Assembly: GCA_002269645.1 (NCBI GenBank)
Contig: NIVC01000857.1
Coordinates: 62,001 to 126,000, forward strand
Direction: 5' to 3'
Length of the DNA stretch: 64,000 bases
From: Macrostomum lignano
Lineage: Eukaryota
Position numbers and translations under genes: made by a program. The notes beneath the pieces are model-generated. The model was not told the origin of the DNA. It searched no databases and saw only the letters and a list, made by a program, of their open reading frames with translations. Below, piece after piece: positions 1 through 17,199 of the stretch; position 1 is the stretch's first letter; every line of letters begins with the position of its first letter.

Positions 1-454
1 CATTATTTATTACCCAGCCAGTTTAATCTGCGGATGACATTGCTATCGATCGGCTTTAATAAGCTGGGCAGAGGGATTTTTATTACCTTTACAATGTCCA
101 GTGGGCTTTAGCATTTTTTGAATTCTCTATTATGGACCCCCCCATCCAGAGATGGAGACCTGGCAGCTGACTCAGGCGGGGAGGCAGGTGTGGCAGCCCA
201 ATCAGGCCTGAGCTGCCACAGTTGCGGGCAAAATTTTTATCTATCGGAAAAATTCCAATCGCTGAATTGCCAACCAGACAAGCTCTGGTGCAATAAAATA
301 CCTGGCTGGGGAGGCGGGTGGTCGGCTTGAGCTGAGGGCTCTGACAGTCAGTTCTGCATTGCAGCCTGCCCAGTTTAATGCGATGGCGCCTGTGGATTAA
401 CAATGTTTTATGTTTTCAAAGAGTTGGCTTTCGTGTTAGCTAAACCATCGTATA

Positions 455-900
455 ATAGTCTAATTAGATTCAGGAGTCTCACCTATTAGTCTAATTGGAT
501 TCAGGAGTCTCACCTATTAGTCTAACTGAATTCAGGAGTCTCACCTATTAGTCTAATTAGATCCAAGAGTCTCACCTATTAGTCTAATTGGATTCAGGAG
601 TCTCACCTATTAGTCTAATTGGATTCAGGAGTCTCATCTATTAGTCTAATTGGATTCAGGAGTCTCACCTAATAGTCTAATTGGATTCAGGAATCTCACC
701 TATTAGTATAATTAGATTCAGGAGTCTCATCTAATAGTCTAATTGGATTCAGGAGTCTCACCTATTAGTCTAATTGGATTCAGGAGTCTCACCTATTAGT
801 CTAATTAGATTCAGGAGTCTCACCTATTAGTCTAATTAAATTCAGGAGTTTCACCTATTAGTCTAATTGAATTCAGGAGTCTTACCATTAGTCTAATTGG
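455..900. repeat. 31-bp minisatellite (GATTCAGGAGTCTCACCTATTAGTCTAATTG), about 14 copies, in the last UMPS intron
   Basis: Directly visible tandem array ending about 50 bp before the splice acceptor at 948-949. Confidence 0.95.
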
Positions 901-949
901 CCTCGTCAGCTTTATCACCCATTAGTCAACTCCGCCACCAACCCGCCAG

Positions 950-1573
950 GTGGGCCCGCACATCTGCGTCCTGAAGGTGCACTGCGACATCCTTGATGAC
1001 TTCAGTCCGGACTTCGTCTCCAGACTGCGGGACCTGGCCAAGCGGCACAACTTCCTGATTATGGAGGACCGGAAGCTGGCCGACATCGGTCACGTGACCC
1101 GGCTGCAGGCCACCGGCGGCCAGTTCCGCATAGCTGACTGGGCGGACCTGGTCACCGCGCACGCCCTGCCGGGCCCCGGCCTGCTGTCCGGCCTGGAGGG
1201 AGCCCACGGCATGGCCGCGGTGCTGGTGGCCGAGATGAGCTCCGAGGGCAGCCCGATCAACGAGGAGTACTCGGCAGCCGCCCTGGCCATGGCTGAGACG
1301 CACGGCCACCTGGTGGCCGGCCTGGTGTGCCAGTCCGACCTGGCCACCGACCCCGGCCTGCTGCAGTTCACGCCGGGCGTCAGCTTCTCCGGCGGCGCCT
1401 CGGACGGCCTCGGCCAGCGCTACAGGGAGCCGGGTCACGTGGTCGGCCGGGGCGGCTGCGACGTTATCATTGTTGGCCGTGGCGTGGCCGAGGCCAGCGA
1501 CCCCAGATCGGCTGCTGAGAGCTACCGGCAGGCCGCTTTCCGGGCCTACAGAGAGCGGCTGAAGACCGAGTAG
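950..1573 (+). CDS. UMPS: UMP synthase, terminal coding exon (OMP decarboxylase domain); upstream exons not found in the window
   Basis: Acceptor cccgccag|GTG at 950 (phase 0). Translation has GPHICVLKVHCDIL, the catalytic DxKxxD motif (EDRKLADIG), WADLVTAH and GQRY...DVIIVGRG, all matching eukaryotic OMPDC. Stop TAG at 1571-1573. UMPS fusion is assumed because this is an animal gene. Confidence 0.92.
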   Translation: MGPHICVLKVHCDILDDFSPDFVSRLRDLAKRHNFLIMEDRKLADIGHVTRLQATGGQFRIADWADLVTAHALPGPGLLSGLEGAHGMAAVLVAEMSSEGSPINEEYSAAALAMAETHGHLVAGLVCQSDLATDPGLLQFTPGVSFSGGASDGLGQRYREPGHVVGRGGCDVIIVGRGVAEASDPRSAAESYRQAAFRAYRERLKTE

Positions 1574-2944
1574 CCTTTCGAGGACTCACCGCGCCCTGGG
1601 CCTGCGTGTAGGCATTTCCTGCCATTACCGTTACTGCCATTTCCGGGAGGCTTTTAAACTACATGCGTTTGTCCCATAGACAGTGGCGAGTGCGTCCGTT
1701 GTGCCGGCTTTGATCTGTCGGAAAGGGGTTTGGGCCATAGACTGGGCCATATGCAGGAGCTTGAATTACGGATGTATATTTTTCCAGCAGTTAATTTCGA
1801 GCATGTTTTACTGAAACCGGTTTCAACTATTTGCTTTTCCCGCCGCCTCTTGTATTTCGTCGTGTTAAATTAAAAGTACTCAATGTTCTATTTTGTGCTT
1901 AGCACCTGAAGTCTAATGCGAGTCTAAGTTTCCCGGATGTCAATTCGCTCACCCTCATCGTATCGCTCAGTGTCAGTTTTCTGTATTTTTGCCAAACACC
2001 TCCCCGAGTCAGCTGCTGCTTGGCATTTTTATTCCCTAATGTGGCTATATTTTCCTGTTGCCATGGAGAAGCTCGCTTTTTATCCTTCGCCCCCCCCCCC
2101 AGTTCCTCCCGGCAATTAGCGTCGCTTCTTTGTCTGTCTTATTCTGCCAGCTCTCCGCAGCCCCTGTGCAAATATAGTGTGGGCCCTGCGGCACTACAGC
2201 GGCCTGCTGAACAAGTGAAAAATGAACTGACATTGTCTTCCAGGTTTTCACCCCCTTTTTGTTCAATTGAAGCTTTGCAAATTGGCATTGTAGGATGTGG
2301 GATAAATGGAACACAATGGCAGAGCTGATCTCTGAGTGGCTGGGGAGGCTGTTCGGTTTTGTGTTGAGCAGTTTGCAATGAAGTCTCGGGGTCGCGGCCT
2401 GCTTTTTACGCGATCAGCGGTCCTAGCGGTGACTTCAAAGCGATCGGATTAATTCTGCGGCATCGTTGAATTTATTGTTTCTGACTGCGGCCGAAATCCA
2501 GCCTCACCGCTTCTCAGATCTCCCAGGTCTCACGGTGCAGCCGATGATGGCGCTTATTTATCTCTGCCGCTCGCAACTTCTGCTTTCTTAGCGCCTGATG
2601 AATCTGATGGATCCCGAGCTGGAGGCTGACATGAACATCGCTGCATGCCTGGCAGCGATCGGCGATCTCGATACTCCGGTATCGGGGAGAGATCTCTGAT
2701 AGGGCAGCGCTCCTTGGGCACCCTGCGTGCTGCCGCGGGACCTTTCTTAAGATTTGAACTGTATTAAAATAATCGGTGCTAAACACGGAATTCCATCGAA
2801 TCATCTGAAAAGATTCATGGTGAATCAGTCATGAACTTCCCCTGGACAGTCAACGGATTGCCTTAAACTTGTCAGAATCTCCCTCTGAACTGTACGAGAA
2901 TCGCTTGAAACTGTCCGATCGTATCGCTTCTAAACTGTCCCAGA

Positions 2945-3720
2945 CTCGCCCCTGAACAGCCTTGAGAATCGCTCCTGAACAGCCTTGAGAATCGCTCCTG
3001 AACAGCCTTGATAGCCGCTCCTGAACAGCCTTGAGAATCGCTCCTGAACAGCCTTGAGAATCGCTCCTGAACAGCCTTGAGAATCGCTCCTGAACAGCCT
3101 TGATAGCCGCTCCTGAACAGCCTTGAGAATCGCTCCCGAACAGCCTTGAGAATCGCTCCCGAACAGCCTTGAGAATCGCTCCTGAACAGCCTTGAGAATC
3201 GCTCCTGAACAGCCTTGATAGCCGCTCCTGAACAGCCTTGAGAATCGCTCCTGAACAGCCTTGAGAATCGCTCCTGAACAGCCTTGATAGCCGCTCCTGA
3301 ACAGCCTTGAGAATCGCTCCTGAACAGCCTTAAGAATCGCTCATGAACAGCCTTGAGAATCGCTCCTGAACAGCCTTGATAGCCGCTTCTGAACAGCCTT
3401 GAGAATCGCTCCCGAACAGCCTTGAGAATTACTCCTGAACAGCCTTGGGAATCGCTCCTGAACAGCCTTGAGAATCGCTCCTGAACAGCCTTGAGAATTA
3501 CTCCTGAACAGCCTTGAGAATCGCTCCTGAACAGCCTTGAGAATTACTCCTGAACAGCCTTGAGAATTACTCCTGAACAGCCTTGAGAATCGCTCCTGAA
3601 CAGCCTTGAGAATTACTCCTGAACAGCCTTGAGAATTACTCCTGAACAGCCTTGAGAATCGCTCCTGAACAGCCTTGAGAATTACTCCTGAACAACCCTA
3701 AGAGTCGCCCCTGAACTACC
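2945..3720. repeat. 23-bp minisatellite (CGCTCCTGAACAGCCTTGAGAAT), about 33 copies
   Basis: Visible tandem array with variant units (GATAGCCG, GAATTACT). Confidence 0.95.
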
Positions 3721-4581
3721 TAAGAATCGTCCTCAGAATCAGAAGGAATTGTCTTGAATTGTCACTGCTGCATTGATCAGCGAGAGTGCAATAACCCGAG
3801 CTCTGAGAGTCGCTTCCAGGCTTATCCCAATAACGATAGTTTCCCATCAATCGCTTTAATAAAAGCTACTCGATTCAAGTGCGCCAAATTTTGCATTTGC
3901 CAGCCGATGCACTTTGAGCTCCCTGAGAAGCCGGAAACTTCTTCAATCAAAGTCCCTCAGCAGCTCTCCGAGCCCACCCCCCCCCCTGACAAATTGCGCG
4001 GCAACCATGGGGGCAGTTTGGCGACTAATTGGCAGGGGACTCGCGAGTTCGGAGTGCCCCGAGAGCCTGCCATCAGTCATAACTTCTCTCGGTGCATTTC
4101 CCGCTCAGTGTCAGCAAGTGTCTGCATTTATTAGCCAATCAATGGGTATTGCGCATCCACAGTCGATTCCCAACTGGGAAGCTGGGGAGCTCGGGTTGCT
4201 GCGAGCAAATCCTCTTTGCAAAGCTCCTGACACTGCGGCCAGCCCTGTGTTATTCAATCCAGTTGTGCATGAAAATCCCAGAGCTCAGGTTTGCAGACGA
4301 GAGCCAAGATTAGAAAAAAAAGTGCCTGCTGTTTCCAAGTTGGAGAACTCACTGAGGAACAGGATGGGACGGGGAGATTGTGTCAGGTTTGAGCAATGCA
4401 AGAAGTCGAAGCAGTTTAGAAAGGAAACTACAGTTCTCGAGGGCGCACTGGGCTTCCGAATGGGCCGCCCCGTCTCGGCACCAGGCTGCTTGGAAACTAG
4501 CAAGAAGGCAAAGTTTTTGTTCACGCAGTCATCGCACAGGCATCGCTTCATCGCAGTGAGGCTGAGCGAGTCTAAGAATTC

Positions 4582-4587
4582 TTTATT
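4582..4587 (-). terminator. Candidate polyadenylation signal AATAAA of the DEG/ENaC gene
   Basis: TTTATT on + strand, about 250 bp downstream of the ENaC stop codon. Confidence 0.4.
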
Positions 4588-4834
4588 TAGCAACTTGTGC
4601 TCATCCAGCCAAGCTATAATGAAATAGCGAAATAGCATTTGATAAAGGACCGAGCCGTGCGAAGTGCCGGCTCTTTGCCTCGCATTCAAGTCACATTTGG
4701 GAATGAATTCACACAAATTATATGTTGTAAAGCTAGTTGATTGGGAGAGGCGAGATGGCGAACGGAGGCTGGGGTTTGTACAAGTACAGACAGACAGATG
4801 TGCGAGTCGGGGAGGAGGAGCGGGGGCGCCAGAC

Positions 4835-9524
<4,690 letters not shown>

Positions 9525-10199
9525 CGCGGACTGCGCTGGCGGGTGTCTCGGGGTCACTGTCCGCTGAAGTCACTGTCCACTGGGGTCACAGCTTGACCTC
9601 CAGGGTCAAGAGTCCTGCCAGCAGTTCATAGCGCGGCCTCCCCCTCTTTTATCTTTCCAGTTTGATTTTCGGTTCTTCTTCTGGCAACCGCTGCGACTGA
9701 ATTTGCTGGCCGTGGGATTTCGGATTTCTGGATTTGAGGACTTAGACTTCTGGATTTGGGGATTTGAGGATCAGCGCCACAAGCGCTGGTTGGGTCGGCA
9801 GGCAGCCGGCCGGCTGTCCAATGCCGCGAGAGCAGCGGCCTGCAGTCACCTGCAGCCCTCCACAACCCCCTCGCCTCAGCGGCTAAAAACTTGTGAATGA
9901 AAAGTTCACCAGCCGCTGGCCGGACCACCCGGGCTCTCAGCCCCACTAACGAATCCCCGCTGTTTGCTCAAACACGCCTGGCCGCGCAGACAGCCGCTTC
10001 TCAGCTAAAATATTTGACATGGCTGGATGGTCAATGCCGAGTAGGGAGAGATGGGGGGTCGCAGGATAAATCCCAAATCCTTGTTGGGCCGCACTTTTGC
10101 TTTTATACGCTTCAAAGCTGCTCAAGTTGACAAGGACTCAGTGCCGTCTGGCTCGCAATTTTTTCTGCTTTGTAGTGTGAAGTGAGATGCGTAGGTGTG

Positions 10200-10462
10200 C
10201 AGTGAGACACCTGAGAATGCGGTGAGACACCTGCGAATGCGGTGAGACACCTGCGAATACGGTGAGACACCTGAGAATGCGGTGAGACACCTGCGAATGC
10301 GGTGAGACACCTGCGAATACGGTGAGACACCTGAGAATGCGGTGAGACACCTGCGAATGCGGTGAGACACCTGCGAATACGGTGAGACACCTGAGAATGC
10401 GGTGAGACACCTGCGAATGCGGTGAGACACCTGCGAATACGGTGAGACACCTGCGAATGCGA
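10200..10462. repeat. 20-bp minisatellite (GCGGTGAGACACCTGCGAAT), about 13 copies with a 60-bp higher-order period
   Basis: Units cycle GAGAATGC / GCGAATGC / GCGAATAC. Confidence 0.95.
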
Positions 10463-10467
10463 GAGTA

Positions 10468-10986
<519 letters not shown>

Positions 10987-11345
10987 TGAGGTGCCGGGCG
11001 TGTTTTGATGTACTGCACTGCACCTGACTCACCTGAGTCCAATAATGAGTAACTCTAACTAGCCAGCCAGCCTAACTAACCAAACCGGCCTACTCCGGTG
11101 TACGCTGCTCTGCGTACTTTCTCTCTCTCTCCCCCTTGACATGATAATATTCAGTAGTGATCGATTCTGAGTTTTAAGCCCACTTACTTGTTTGTCTTTT
11201 AAGCCTATATATTGGTCTCGCCACCTACCACCTCGTATCTCACAATCATTGCAATAATTCGCTCGTCTCAAATACACAACTTCGTACTTGACTCAAACCA
11301 AGCCCACGGGCGGCCTTGTCATCGTTTACTGGGAGCGACTTGACA

Positions 11346-11418
<73 letters not shown>

Positions 11419-11488
11419 GACTGACTAACTAACTAACTCACTAACTAACTAGCTAACTAACTAACTAACTAGCTAACTAACTAACCCA
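11346..11488. repeat. Second (AACT)n microsatellite, about 35 units
   Basis: Direct read; ends about 30 bp upstream of the glutaminase TATA box. Confidence 0.95.
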
Positions 11489-11517
11489 ACCAACCAATAA
11501 ACGGCTCCATCCACTTG

Positions 11518-11525
11518 TATAAATA
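11518..11525 (+). promoter_or_regulatory. TATA box (TATAAATA) of the glutaminase gene
   Basis: Consensus match 160 bp upstream of the in-frame ATG at 11678. Confidence 0.55.
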
Positions 11526-11677
11526 TAGGCTATTTAAAGCTCTCCTGAGGCGACAGCGAGCTACTCAGCCGGAGTTCGCGCAGCTGTCTATGTCCAAAAC
11601 CTTGAAGCGGCTTCAGTCCAACTCCATTTCAATTGCACTACAATGCTGCCCAGCTGTTTCTCAGCTCTCCCGCCTCC

Positions 11678-13887
11678 ATGCTGGTGACCGAGGCGCGCAC
11701 CGAACCGCTTCAGCTGCTCCCCGCCTCGTCCCTGGCCGGCTCGATGAAGCCGGAGCCGTCGCAGTCTCCGCCGCGCCTCCTGGAAACTCTGTCGGAGGCT
11801 CGTCGAGTCCGAAACGAAGCGGAGCGCCAGTACCGCGCCGCGCAGGCCAGCCGCGGCTCCTGCGACGCCGTGTTCGACATTCTGAAGGACCGCGCCACCG
11901 ACCGGGTGCCCGTGTCCCGCCTGCTCGGCGTGGTGGAGGCGGCCGGCATCCAGCTCAGCGACCCGCGGCTCCGCCAGTGCGTGGCCAGCATCCGCGAGCG
12001 CCAAAAGCGGGCGGTGATGTGCGACGAGGAGGCGCGCAACTCCTTCTTCCTGGACCGCGCCGCCTTCGCCGAGGTGGCGCGGGCGAGCATTGCCCTGATG
12101 CTGCAGGTGCTGCGCAAGGACTTCGTGCTGCCCGACTTCCAGGAGTTCACCGGCGAGCTGGCCGCCATCTTCGAGCGCTGCCGGGCCAACACGGAGGGCC
12201 GCGTGGCCAACTGCATCCCGCAGCTGGCCCGGGCTGACCCCGCCAGGTGGGGCGCCGCCGTCTGCACCGTCGATGGGCAGCGGGCGGGCTTTGGGGACCA
12301 TCAGGCAAGCTGGGGGAGTAACGGGTAACTTTCTCCCGTCTCCTGTCCCCCGAGTGACATGCCGGACACAGTCCATGTCACCTCACCTGTCCCCTGATTG
12401 ACATGCTGGACACTGTCCATGTCACCTCACTGTCCCCTGATTGACATGCCGGACACTGTCCATGTCACCTCACTGTCCCCCCCGAGTGACATGCCGGACA
12501 CTGTCCATGTCACCTCACCTGTCCCCCGAGTGACATGCCGGACACTGTCCATGTCACCTCACCTGTCCCCTGATTGACATGCCGGACACTGTTTATGTCA
12601 CCTCTCCCACAGGTTCCATTCTGCCTCCAGTCGGTCAGCAAGCCGCTGAACTACGCGCTGGCCATGACGGAGGCGGGCTCCGACCGGGTGCACCAGTTCG
12701 TTGGCTACGAGCCCTCCGGCATCAGCTTCAACTCCATCGCGCTGAACTCGGAGAACAAGCCGCACAACCCGATGATCAACAGCGGCGCCATCGCCGTCTG
12801 CAGCCTCCTGGCGCGCGGCCAGCGACTCGCCGACCGCTTCGACTACGTGCTCCGCCAGTACCTGCGAATGTCCGCCGGCGAGCGCCTCGGCTTCTCCAAC
12901 TCCACCTTCCTGTCCGAGAGGGAGAGCTCGGACAGGAACTACGCCATTGGCTACTACATGCGCGAGAACGGCTGCTTCCCCCCCGACACCGACCTGCGCG
13001 AGACGCTCGACTTCTACCTGCAGCTCTGCGCCCTGGAGGCCACCTGCGACTCCGCTGCCGTCATCGCTGCCACCCTGGCGAACGGCGGTGTCTGCCCGCT
13101 GACCGGCGACCCGGTGCTGTCGGCCGAGGCCGTCCGGGACACCCTTTCACTCATGCACAGCTGCGGCCTGTACGATTACAGCGGCCAATTCGCCTTCAAG
13201 TGCGGCCTGCCGGCCAAGTCGGGCGTGTCCGGCGCCATCCTGCTGGTGATTCCCGGCCTCATGGGCATCGCGCTGTGGTCCCCGCCGCTGGACAGGCAGG
13301 GCAACTCGTGCCGCGGCATCCAGTTCTGCCGGGAGCTGGTGGCCCGCTTCAGCCTGCACAACTTCGACTCCACCGTGCGGCGCCGCCCCGACCGCGCCGA
13401 CTCCCGGCGCCGCCTGACGGAGACGCAGAGCGCCGAGATTGTCGGCCTGCTGTTCGCCGCCAGCAACAACGACGTGACCGCCCTGCGCGGCGCCTTCCTG
13501 AAGGGCCTCTGCATGGACCAGGCCGACTACGATGGCCGGACGGCGCTTCACGTTGCCGCGGCGGAGGGCCACGCAGAGGCCGTGCAGTTCCTGCTGGTCA
13601 CCTGCGGCGTGGCGGTCGGGCCGCGCGACCGCTGGGGCTTCACGCCGCTGAACGACGCCGAGCGGTTCGGGCGCACCGAAGTGGCGGAGCTGCTGCGCGC
13701 GGCCGCCGTTGCGGCTGCCGTGGAAGAATCGGATGAGGCGGAGGTCGGAGGGAAGGAGGAGGCTGCGGCAGAGCTTTCGGACACCACAGTGGAGGTGGAG
13801 TCCGAGACTGGGACGCCGTCCGCAGCGGTGGAAGCGGAGGTTCTGATGCCGTCAACTGCGTCGATTGACTGGCCGGATAAATTATAG
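11678..13887 (+). CDS. GLS: Glutaminase (GLS/GLS2-type) with C-terminal ankyrin repeats, 2 exons, about 633 aa; true start uncertain
   Basis: Exons 11678-12304 and 12613-13887, joined by a GC-AG intron giving GDHQ|VPFCLQSVSKP (catalytic SxxK). Also SDPRLRQC, EGRVANCIPQLA, HNPMINSGAI, SCGLYDYSGQFAFKCGLPAKSGVSG and ankyrin DYDGRTALHVAAAEGH / DRWGFTPL. Confidence 0.93.
12352..12608. repeat. ~44-bp minisatellite with internal dyad (GACATGCCGGACACTGTCCATGTC), about 6 copies, glutaminase intron
   Basis: Fills most of the 308-bp intron. Each unit pairs GACAT..ATGTC and GGACA..TGTCC. Confidence 0.9.
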
Positions 13888-14174
13888 TTGCAATACGCCA
13901 ATTGTGCTACTTGAAATCAGCAGAGTAGTTGTAACGGGTCGCCATATTTTTTGTATACTTTTATTTTCCATCTTTCATTGGAGTTTTTTATTTTTGAGAG
14001 AGCGTAAAGTTTTTATTTCCTTTGTGATTTTTCCAATAAAGCTTCTTTCAAAAAATCATTAATATTTATTCCTTTGTTGTTACTTTCAGACACAAGTCCA
14101 GCTGGCCCAGGTTAAGCAGAGTTAGCTTCGGTTAGTTAGCCAACCGTGAGCAACTGGCAAACTGATCTGAGCTG

Positions 14175-14655
14175 CAGTCACAGTCCCTGCTGTGATGGGG
14201 TGAGCAGAGTCACAGTCCCTGATGTGATGGGGTGAGCAGAGTCACTGTCCCTGCTGTGATGGGGTGAGCAGAGTCACAGTCCCTGATGTGATGGGGTGAG
14301 CAGAGTCACTGTCCCTGCTGTGATGGGGTGAGCAGAGTCACTGTCCCTGATGTGATGGGGTGAGTAGAGTCACTGTCCCTGCTGTGATGGGATGAGCAGA
14401 GTCACTGTCCCTGCTGTGATGGGGTGAGCAGAGTCACAGTCCCTGCTGTGATGGGGTGAACAGAGTCACTGTCCCTGCTGTGATGGGGTGAGCAGAGTCA
14501 CTGTCCCTGATGTGATGGGGTGAGTAGAGTCACTGTCCCTGCTGTGATGGGGTGAGCAGAGTCACTGTCCCTGATGTGATGGGGTGAGTAGAGTCACAGT
14601 CCCTGCTGTGATGGGGTGAGCAGAGTCAGTCCCTGATGTGATGGGGTGAGCAGTT
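14175..14655. repeat. 32-bp minisatellite (AGTCACTGTCCCTGCTGTGATGGGGTGAGCAG), about 15 copies
   Basis: Direct read. Confidence 0.95.
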
Positions 14656-15564
14656 CTGAGCTGGGGCAGAAATGGAGGTTCGAGTCTTGTCACCGCATTA
14701 GCTGTATGCTGCAGTATTCTATCGATAATTTCTCACCTCTTTCTGCTTCACGCTACTCATAGTAGGTCGAAAACCCGACTGCACCAGCATTGATCCGTCG
14801 GGGATGTTTGGCTTATCGATTTGCCAAAAACAAGCCAACTTTGTCTGAGAGCATTGTAGAAGAGTGGAAAAGAATCCGGTGCAAAGGAAGTGCAATTGAA
14901 AGCAATTCTCTCCATGGTGCAACCATAATGCAGCCTGTTATTCATGCAATGTGGCCAAGGTTTTGGGGTGAGCGCTCGTCTGGGCTTCCAGTCCAGGTGG
15001 ATGCAGTAGTCCCTGAGCCTCCACTGCCGCTTGCCAATCTTTCCGGGGCCGAGTGAAAATCAAAACAGGGAGAGATGAGCTGCTCACTCGGCTCCCCAGC
15101 ACTCAGGTTTCCCAGCCATTTGCCTACCTGCCCCCCCCCCGCGAGCTCAGCAACAATGGGGGGAGGCGAGGATCCCCAGCCTCCCCCGAGAGCACTTATC
15201 GTCTCCTTATGCAGTCTGAGCCAAACCAGAAAGAAACTTTTCTCTGCAAAAATCTTTTTTGCTCAAGAGACAAACAGCCGGCCATTGTCTCCCGGCTGCA
15301 GCGCATTTCCTGCCTGCCCGCGGCCCCGAGGCTGTTTGAGATTTCCTTCTCAGCCCCCGAGTTCGTGCTCCCCAGTCGCCTCTGGCCACGCTGTTTCAGC
15401 TGGCAGCTGCGCAGTCTGCAACTCTGGCTGAGAATTTCTCACGCTGAACTGAGGGTGAGCTGAGCCCAGCCTCCCCTGTGCTCCATCATCTTCTCTCCGG
15501 TATTGCCGCTCGAGAGCCCGTGACACTCACCGAACTGTGCCGGACTTCGTTTTACTGGGACGAA

Positions 15565-15890
15565 GTCTGCGAGCTCTCCGCGATTCTGAGGTCTCCGAGG
15601 TGCTGAGTTCTCCGAGGTGCTGAGATCTCCGAGGTGCTGAGATCTCCGAGGTGCTGAGATCTCCGAGGTTGCTGAGGTCTCCGAGATTCTGAGTTCTCCG
15701 AGGTGCTGAGATCTTCGAGGTTGCTGAGGTCTCCGAGGTTGCTGAGGTCTCCGAGGTGCTGAGATCTCCGAGGTTGCTGAGGTCTCCGAGGTGCTGAGGT
15801 CTCCGAGGTTGCTGAGGTCTCCGAGGTGCTGAGGTCTCCGAGGTGCTGAGATCTCCGAGGTGCTGAGGTCTCCGAAGTCGCTGAGGTCTG
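15565..15890. repeat. 17/20-bp minisatellite (TCTCCGAGGTGCTGAGA/G); mirror at about 62870-63180
   Basis: Direct read in both arms. Confidence 0.9.
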
Positions 15891-16708
15891 CAAGCGCGGC
15901 CTGGCAGCGCCCATGCGTCTATTTGAGGTGCCGAGCCCCGCCCGCCCCATCCTCAGCCAGGCCGGCCAACCTTCGCACGGATTGTCAGGCTGCCGCAGCT
16001 CTCCAATCCCAGAGAGCCCTGGGAGCGGGCATTGTGGGGCAGCAGGGAGACGGACAGACGGATTGGAGGGGAAGCTGCTGCTGGGACGGCCTGCTGCAGA
16101 TCTCAGTCTGGGAGGCTGGAGGCTAAAGATGAGGCAGGCAGCCGGGGAATCTGGATGTTGCGATGCAGCCACCCCCTCCCCCTTACTCAGGGCTCTCAAT
16201 GGTCCTTCATCGCAGGGGCATCCGAGTGGCGGCCCTCGTCGTCTTGTGAGCTTTAATTAAATATGCAGGCCGGGCCAACCGAGAGGCGGAGATGAGGGGG
16301 GTGGCGACTTTCGGAGATGCTGCCGCCAAAGTGCAGTGAGATGCGGAGTGCGCGGCCGCTGCTGAGGCGTCCCCGCGGGCCCGCAGCCCCCCAACCCTCA
16401 TGGGAAGAATCTGGGATCTCCACGCTCGCTGCCCGAGCACTCGAAGACAAGGAGGAGGAGGCGGCGGCGACTCCGGCCCGCGGCACCTGCCCTCGGGGCG
16501 CGCGCTTCCTCCGGGATTGCCCGCCTTCTGCCGACAGAAATTATAGATGAGTTTCTCGCCTCACTACTTGATGGGGAGCTCGGGTGTCTCCGGGGAGGAT
16601 GAGGACAGAGTGGCACCGGAATCGGAGAAAACATTCAGGAAGGCTGCCCTGCAGAGGAGGACTCCACTGGAGTATCCTAACGCTCTTAGGCTTTATCGTT
16701 TTTTGGTA

Positions 16709-16803
16709 AACCACCGGGAACCACCGGGAACCACCGGGAACCACCGGGAACCACCGGGAACCACCGGGAACCACCGGGAACCACCGGGAACCACCGGGAA
16801 ACC
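16709..16803. repeat. 10-bp repeat (AACCACCGGG) x9; mirror at about 61956-62052
   Basis: Direct read. Confidence 0.93.
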
Positions 16804-17199
16804 ACTTTCTGTGTTGAAACAACTTCAGTAATGCTGAAGCTATAGATTTATTGCTTTTCGAATCCTAACAGAAAAGCTGCAGTCATATCTGAACTTTTGG
16901 TCAATTTCGCAATTCCGCCAGTTCTCGCAGGGCAACGCCGCGCTGAAGGCAGACTGTGCCACTGCGCGACTGGCTGGCGATTCCCCGGTCGAGATGGCGG
17001 GGCCAGGCAGCTGGCTGGCTTGGCTGGGGGGGGGGGGACAAGATGCAATTTTCACTCCAGCGGAAAATGCTTTTGAGAGCTGCCTGCTAATGGGGCCCCA
17101 GGCTGTCAATCAAAAACTTCTGCTCAAGCTGTCACTTCATAGGGAGCCAAGCTTTTCATCAAAAACATTTTGGGATGCAGAGGCACTTAGGAGTGCGTT

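Noticed and set aside
2945-3720. Regular 23-55-bp repeats as possible CRISPR arrays (also 455-900, 14175-14655 and 26700-27190)
   Set aside because: Units are head-to-tail with no unique spacers, no cas genes are present, and the context is a spliced eukaryotic locus.
3914-4716. Overlapping ORFs 3914-4627 (+) and 4285-4716 (-), the latter faintly resembling a LINE reverse transcriptase (HKLLNK..., PILFL)
   Set aside because: No DxxKAFD, PQG or YADD motifs and the spacing is wrong. The region overlaps the probable ENaC 3' UTR.
12352-12608. p53-like half-sites (TGACATGCCG, GTCCATGTCA) in the glutaminase intron repeat
   Set aside because: Only partial matches to RRRCWWGYYY and not arranged as a proper double half-site. 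It is tempting because mammalian GLS2 is a p53 target, but unsupported here.
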